From the NCBI GenBank assembly GCA_016794985.1, contig JAEUIQ010000047.1:134122-198121 (forward strand): a stretch of DNA of 64,000 nucleotides, given 5' to 3'. This stretch comes from Planctomycetaceae bacterium. Lineage in GTDB: Bacteria > Planctomycetota > Planctomycetia > Pirellulales > Pirellulaceae. The notes beneath the pieces are model-generated. The model ran no database searches. It had not been told where the DNA came from and worked only from the letters and a program-made list of their open reading frames with translations. Within the stretch, counting starts at the first letter, position 1. Each line of letters opens with the position of its first letter. The position numbers and the translations under genes were made by a program. Positions 58,662-64,000 of this stretch are shown piece after piece.

Positions 58662-60173
58662 CTATTGAATCAACTCTCGGACAACTCGTGCAGGCTCGAC
58701 ACCCGTCAGACGCTGGTCCAGTCCTTGATGCTTGATCGTGAATCGCTCGTGATCGAATCCCAATAAATGCAGGATCGTGGCATGGAAGTCATGAACGGAG
58801 AGCGGGTCTTTGACAATGTTGTATGAGAAATCGTCGGTCTCGCCATAGATCGCACCGCCTTTTGCACCACCACCAGCCATCCACATCGTTGTACAACGAG
58901 GATGATGGTCGCGACCGTAATTGGTTTTCGAAAGTCCCCCTTGGGAATAGATGGTACGTCCGAATTCTCCGCCCCAGATAATCAACGTTTCGTCAAACAG
59001 TCCCCGGGCCTTTAGGTCTTGAATCAGCCCCCAACAAGCCTGATCGACGTCACGGCATTGATCCGGTAATCGCCCCGCAACATTGCCGTGGGTATCCCAG
59101 TTGTTATGGTACACTTGGACAAACCGGACTCCCCGTTCGACCAACCGTCGCGCCATCAATGCGGTATTGGCAAAGGTACCTGGCTTGCGGGCCGCTTCGC
59201 CGTACAACTGAAAAGTTTGTTCCGATTCACGGGAAAGGTCCGTTAGTTCTGGGACACTGGATTGCATTCGATAGGCCAGTTCATACTGTTGGATACGGGT
59301 TTTGATTTGCGGATCTCGCAAATGTTCGTACTGCAATTGGTTCAGTTGGTTGATACCATCGAGCGTGTGGCGCCGAATCTCCGAAGGCACTCCGGGCGGA
59401 TTATTGATGTAGAGAATCGGATCTCCCACGGAACGAAAACTAACGCCCGCGTGTTCGCCTGGTAGAGGACCGCTGGACCACAATCTGGCAGAAATAGCTT
59501 GGACTTGTTCCGTATTCGTGGGATTGGCAACCATCACAACAAACGTTGGCAAGTTCTCATTCAGCGAGCCCAAACCATAACTTGCCCAGGCGCCTAAGCA
59601 CGGACGGCCCGTAACTTGATTTCCCGTTTGCATAAATGTGATGGCAGGCTCATGATTGATCGCATCGGTATGGATGCTCCGCATGAAGCAAACGTCATCC
59701 ACCATTTTGCTCATGTAAGGCAATAACTCGCTAACCCACATGCCGCATTGCCCATGTTGTTGAAACTTGAACATCGAAGGCGCGATCGGAAAGCGAGCTT
59801 GGCCGCTGGTCATGGTCGTGAGACGTTGACCTTGTCGAATCGACTCCGGCAAGTCTTTGTCGTACCAATCGTTCATGACTGGCTTGTAATCGTACAAGTC
59901 CATCTGCGGCGGACCTCCGACCATGTGGAGGTAAATGACTTGCTTCGCTCGCGGGGCAAAGTGAGGTCCGATCGCTTGCGCCAGATCATCACGAACGTTC
60001 CTTGTCGGCACCGTGGATCGCTCATTGGCGAAGGCACCAACGCCAGACAGGGCCGCCGTGCCCAACAAACTTTGCAAGGCAGCCCATCCCAACGCATTGC
60101 CACCTCGGCCCAGAAAATAACGCCGAGTCTCTTGTTGACGGTAAGCGGCTGCGGCAGCGTTTTCGTTCGTCAT
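58662..60173 (-). CDS. DUF1501 family protein (sulfatase-like fold) with twin-arginine (Tat) signal
   Basis: ETRRYFLGRGGNALGWAAL Tat motif. Conserved blocks (…VIYLHMVGGPPQMDLYDYKP…, …IWGGEFGRT…, …GRDHHP…) characteristic of the Planctomycetes/Verrucomicrobia DUF1501 family. Confidence 0.85.
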   Translation of the reverse strand: MTNENAAAAAYRQQETRRYFLGRGGNALGWAALQSLLGTAALSGVGAFANERSTVPTRNVRDDLAQAIGPHFAPRAKQVIYLHMVGGPPQMDLYDYKPVMNDWYDKDLPESIRQGQRLTTMTSGQARFPIAPSMFKFQQHGQCGMWVSELLPYMSKMVDDVCFMRSIHTDAINHEPAITFMQTGNQVTGRPCLGAWASYGLGSLNENLPTFVVMVANPTNTEQVQAISARLWSSGPLPGEHAGVSFRSVGDPILYINNPPGVPSEIRRHTLDGINQLNQLQYEHLRDPQIKTRIQQYELAYRMQSSVPELTDLSRESEQTFQLYGEAARKPGTFANTALMARRLVERGVRFVQVYHNNWDTHGNVAGRLPDQCRDVDQACWGLIQDLKARGLFDETLIIWGGEFGRTIYSQGGLSKTNYGRDHHPRCTTMWMAGGGAKGGAIYGETDDFSYNIVKDPLSVHDFHATILHLLGFDHERFTIKHQGLDQRLTGVEPARVVRELIQ

Positions 60174-60271
60174 AGGTGATTCCTGTTATGGTGGACCGTG
60201 AGTTAAGTTCAAGCTGCTGAGGGTTTGATGTGGTGTCGGTCAATCGCAGACCGGGCAGTCAACTGCAACGA

Positions 60272-63200
60272 CTACTTGTTGATGACTTCGTCCAAATTGA
60301 ACAGTTGATTGAGCAACATTGTCCAAGCGGCGAGGTCTTCCGCATCCAATTCGGTAGGCGCCCGAGAATACCCAACCGAATTCAAAGCAGCCGCGGCATC
60401 CGGGTTGCTATCGTAGTACTGTCGCAAATGTTCCCAGGATTTCAGGATTATCTCTTGTTCGGCGGGTTTCAAATCACGGCACAGAATCCGCCAAGAGGCA
60501 AGCGCCAACTGTCGGTCTAACAGGGTCGCGCCGACGGGGACCGGTTCAGCAATGGAGACTTTCTGCTCTTCCAACTGCATGACCTGAATCGCCAAAAATC
60601 GAGCAGCCTCAATGAGCTGCGGGTCGTTCAACAAGGCCAATGCCTGTAGCGGAGTATTGGTCCGTTCACGACGCACCGTACAAGCTTCACGACTGGGCGC
60701 GTTAAACACGTCCATGGATGCTGGAGGTGCGGAGCGTTTCCACAAGGTGTACATACTGCGGCGATACAGACCCGACCCGCGGTCTTCGACATAATCACGG
60801 GTATTCGATCCGATCATGGCGACCGCTTCCCAGACCCCGGGAGGTTGATAAGGACGGACACTTGGACCACCGATCTCGGGCACTAAGATTCCACTCGCTG
60901 CCAGTGCATAATCACGAACCATTTCGGCGTCCATTCGAAATCGTGGCCCACGCGACAGCCAGATGTTGTCGGGATCTAAATTCAATTTCTCATCCGAGAC
61001 TTGACTGCTTTGCCGATACGTCGAGCTCAGCAACATCTGTTTGTAAAAGGCTTTGATATTCCAACCGTCTTCGCGAAACTTGATGGCCAAGTAATCCAAT
61101 AACTCGGGATGCGTCGGCAAGACTCCGGTCAGCCCAAAGTCACCGCTAGTTGCGACAAGGCCTTGTCCGAAAACCGCTTGCCAAAATTGATTGACTGTCA
61201 CCCGTGCGGTCAAGGGATGCTCTGGCGAAACCAGCCACTTGGCCAACCCCAACCGATTTTTCGGCAGTTGATCCGACATCGCCGGTAATAGACCGGGAGT
61301 GTTGGCCGAAACTTGATCGCGGCGTTGATCGTATTGTCCGCGATGCAACACGAATGCCGTCGGCGACTGATCGGTCCGCTCTTGCATGACATGGGCTAGT
61401 GTTCCTCGCTGCCGGATCTGTGCTGCTTCGGTTTCTAGCTCCGACACTTTTGATTTGAGCTGTTGATGTTCCGTGTCGAGACGACTCAAGTAGCGATTCA
61501 ATGCCAACTCGCGCAGCTCACCGGTCAACGGCGGTTGATCGGCATTTTCTGGATGCTGCAACCCCGCCCGCAATGCGTCGAGCTGTTTTTGTTGGGCCAA
61601 GTCACTGATTGCATCGGTATCGATCTGTCGCGCGTAAAGACGGACATCGTCCAACGCCAGCTTCTCCAAGATTCGCCCGCCGTGGCGTTGGAAGAGGATC
61701 AAGTCCAAATCGTTTCGAATCGTCCCGCTGAGATTATCGGATTGGACATTGGTGGCAACCAAGTTTCCGCCGATGTAAATCTTCAGTCCAGCGGCTTTCC
61801 GCGAGCCATCATAAGTGACGACCACATGATGCCATTGGTCAGAAGGCAATGGTTGGCTGGTCACGACTTTGAGCGCATTGCTGGGCCACTCGTTGATCAA
61901 GTGCATTCCGATTCGACCGCCTTCGGACCATAAATCCCAGCCACGAAATCCGCCGCCGTCGCTCATCTTCGCCAATAATGCACCACTGTTGTTATTGCCT
62001 TGGAAGCGAACCCATGCGGCTAATGAGAAGGGTTGATCGCCATCGATGTCACCAACACCTGGCAGACGCGGTGTTTCGTTAGCCGCGAAGTTCTCCGCAC
62101 GAATGGCCCACGGAAAGCCGGGATCCACAGCGTTCGACAATGGGCCAGAGACGTTGCCCCCCCGTGCCGAACTCCATGGGATCTGAACTTGTGTCGGTCC
62201 AGTTGGGACTCTGAACTGCAAATCTTGTTCATGCGGACTTTGGCCTTCGCCGACGAGCTTCTCGACGGCGGTCGGTTGGCGAAGCCATTGGTCCAACATG
62301 GCTGAGACTTCGCCGCGTCGCGAATCCAATTTTTGCCGGGTTTCCGTCAATTCTTCATTCAACTTGTTCCATCGTTCACGCTCCGACTTTGCTGGAACAA
62401 AGATAATGGGCGGCGTATTGGGAATATTCCCGTCCATGACCGGCTGCGTTGTGTTGTTAAAGAATGCCGCCATTTGATAGAAATCAACTTGCGACACCGG
62501 ATCGAATTTATGATCGTGACATACCGCACAACCCACGGTCAAACCCATCCAAGTTTGGGCCAACGTTTCGGTGCGATCGATGAAATACAAGACGCGATAC
62601 TCTTCTTCAATGACTCCACCTTCGTTCGTTGTGATATTGCATCGACTGAAGCCGGTCGCAATCTGTTGGTCTAAAGTTGGGTTGGGAAGAAGGTCGCCGG
62701 CTAACTGCTCGACCGTAAACTCATCAAACGGTTGGTTCCGATTGAAGGCGTCGATCACCCAATCGCGATAAGCCCAGATTTCTCGATAGTTGTCAAAGTG
62801 GATGCCGTGTGTATCGGCATAGCGAGCTAGATCCAACCAATAGCGCGCACGATGCTCTCCCCACGCTGGACTAGCTAGATACTTATCGACCAAAGCTTCA
62901 TATTCGGCAAGTGTCGGATTGGACACAAACGCTTGGACATCCTCCGGTTTGGGAGGTAATCCCGTGGTATCCAATGCCAATCGCCGTGCTAATACTGCCG
63001 GGTCGGCCGGACCGTTTGGCTGCAAGCCCATTGATTCGAGCTTGGCCAACACGAAGCGATCGATATCGTTCGTCACCCACTCGGCGTTTTGAACGGCGGG
63101 TACCATTGGTTTCACGGGAGCGATAAAGGCCCAGTGCGATTCGTATTTTGCACCTTGTTGGATCCAACGCGCCAGCAAAGATCGTTCGTCGGCAGTTAGC

Positions 63201-63538
63201 GACTTATGGGACGAGACCGGTGGCATCAAGCCCTCGTCGCTTGCGTTGAGGTTGATCCTCGCGATCATTTCGCTCGAATCGGGATCACCGACCACGATGG
63301 CCCCTCCATCCACGGCAGCCTCGAATTGGTCCAATCGCAAGTCGGCCGCTCGAGTCTTGGCATCTGGGCCGTGGCAAGCAAAGCACTTGTCGGCCAAGAT
63401 GGGCCGAATATGCTTTGAATACTGAATCGCATCTTGCGCTGCGACCTGACTACAAAACATGAAGTGCAGCAGAAAGAAACCAACCAACCAAACACAGACG
63501 CGGCCCAAGTTGGCCAGAAGTCGAGGGCGATCAAACAT
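60272..63538 (-). CDS. PSCyt1/PSCyt2–PSD1 (DUF1549/DUF1553) family giant protein with N-terminal planctomycete cytochrome-c-like CxxCH motif and a central LamG/concanavalin-like domain
   Basis: KCFACHGPDAKTRAADLRLD (PSCyt1 haem-binding-like motif), DUF1549 blocks (…FIDRL…RRLALDTTGLPP…), LamG-like middle (…FSLAAWVRFQG…WHHVVVTYDGS…), DUF1553 C-terminus. 1088 aa. Immediately upstream of DUF1501, the classic pair. Confidence 0.85.
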   Translation of the reverse strand: MFDRPRLLANLGRVCVWLVGFFLLHFMFCSQVAAQDAIQYSKHIRPILADKCFACHGPDAKTRAADLRLDQFEAAVDGGAIVVGDPDSSEMIARINLNASDEGLMPPVSSHKSLTADERSLLARWIQQGAKYESHWAFIAPVKPMVPAVQNAEWVTNDIDRFVLAKLESMGLQPNGPADPAVLARRLALDTTGLPPKPEDVQAFVSNPTLAEYEALVDKYLASPAWGEHRARYWLDLARYADTHGIHFDNYREIWAYRDWVIDAFNRNQPFDEFTVEQLAGDLLPNPTLDQQIATGFSRCNITTNEGGVIEEEYRVLYFIDRTETLAQTWMGLTVGCAVCHDHKFDPVSQVDFYQMAAFFNNTTQPVMDGNIPNTPPIIFVPAKSERERWNKLNEELTETRQKLDSRRGEVSAMLDQWLRQPTAVEKLVGEGQSPHEQDLQFRVPTGPTQVQIPWSSARGGNVSGPLSNAVDPGFPWAIRAENFAANETPRLPGVGDIDGDQPFSLAAWVRFQGNNNSGALLAKMSDGGGFRGWDLWSEGGRIGMHLINEWPSNALKVVTSQPLPSDQWHHVVVTYDGSRKAAGLKIYIGGNLVATNVQSDNLSGTIRNDLDLILFQRHGGRILEKLALDDVRLYARQIDTDAISDLAQQKQLDALRAGLQHPENADQPPLTGELRELALNRYLSRLDTEHQQLKSKVSELETEAAQIRQRGTLAHVMQERTDQSPTAFVLHRGQYDQRRDQVSANTPGLLPAMSDQLPKNRLGLAKWLVSPEHPLTARVTVNQFWQAVFGQGLVATSGDFGLTGVLPTHPELLDYLAIKFREDGWNIKAFYKQMLLSSTYRQSSQVSDEKLNLDPDNIWLSRGPRFRMDAEMVRDYALAASGILVPEIGGPSVRPYQPPGVWEAVAMIGSNTRDYVEDRGSGLYRRSMYTLWKRSAPPASMDVFNAPSREACTVRRERTNTPLQALALLNDPQLIEAARFLAIQVMQLEEQKVSIAEPVPVGATLLDRQLALASWRILCRDLKPAEQEIILKSWEHLRQYYDSNPDAAAALNSVGYSRAPTELDAEDLAAWTMLLNQLFNLDEVINK

Positions 63539-64000
63539 CGGTACAACTTTCTGAGGTGGGTATTCAACAATCAGCGTTGAAGGCGAGAATCGAGCTCCCG
63601 TCGGTCGCGCGATCTTTCACTATATTAGCCACGGAGGCCCAACTGCGGTAGTCGCGATTTGACGACTGTAGCGAGTCTAGGACCTGTGCCGAGGTGTTTC
63701 ACGCTCCTTTGGAAATGCCCAGTGATGTTTGGCCCTTATTCTCCCCCTGACCAACGAAATCGTCGCCAAGATTCGGCGGTGCAATTGGCACATTTGGTCG
63801 CAGGGCCCCAAACGTTGAAGGCGGTATTTCAACATTAATACCGTTGTCGATTTCAAACGCGGGACGATGCATAACCAGCCAGCGGTATGGAAGGCCGCGA
63901 ATTGGGACCCCCGCGACAAGCGGATATCGACAAGGAGGGAATACCATGCAGTCGATCGGATTGTGGCTATTTGCCAGTGTCATCTTGACGTTGCCGATTC

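Overview
The window is a GC-rich (~55%) chromosomal segment that looks planctomycete (Pirellulaceae-like). The evidence is a DUF1501/Tat-signal protein next to a PSCyt/DUF1549-DUF1553 giant protein, many signal-peptide 'hypothetical' proteins, and TPR and coiled-coil proteins. I found no rRNA, no tRNA and no CRISPR array.

Housekeeping genes are scattered throughout: aroA (3' part), tadA, hemC, xerC/D, gltP-like symporter, dcd, ligA, folK and argC. Alongside them are an oleC-oleD olefin-biosynthesis pair, a CoA-disulfide-reductase-like flavoprotein with a rhodanese tail, a TolC-like outer membrane factor, an ABC ATPase, two alpha/beta hydrolases, a hybrid histidine kinase and a stand-alone Hpt protein.

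Two regions stand out as candidate undescribed systems.
- 53402-58397: a translationally coupled three-gene operon. It encodes a MotA/ExbB/TolQ-like channel protein with a ~400-aa TolA-like coiled-coil tail, followed by two ExbD/TolR-like single-pass proteins that carry coiled-coil insertions, duplicated ExbD-type domains and a long Ser/Pro-rich disordered segment.
- 25258-33684: a same-strand cluster of NfeD/YqiJ-like and flotillin (SPFH) genes followed by a 1864-aa protein. That protein combines an N-terminal globular region, about 400 aa of coiled coil, and a single MoxR/AAA_5-type ATPase module.

The intergenic DNA is structured. There is a ~120-bp REP-like dispersed repeat family (three good copies plus degenerate ones), a 3x tandem 64-bp repeat with a palindromic core and related copies near oleC, and a (CA)26 microsatellite.

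All calls rest on reading the six-frame translations and the DNA by eye. No database searches were run.
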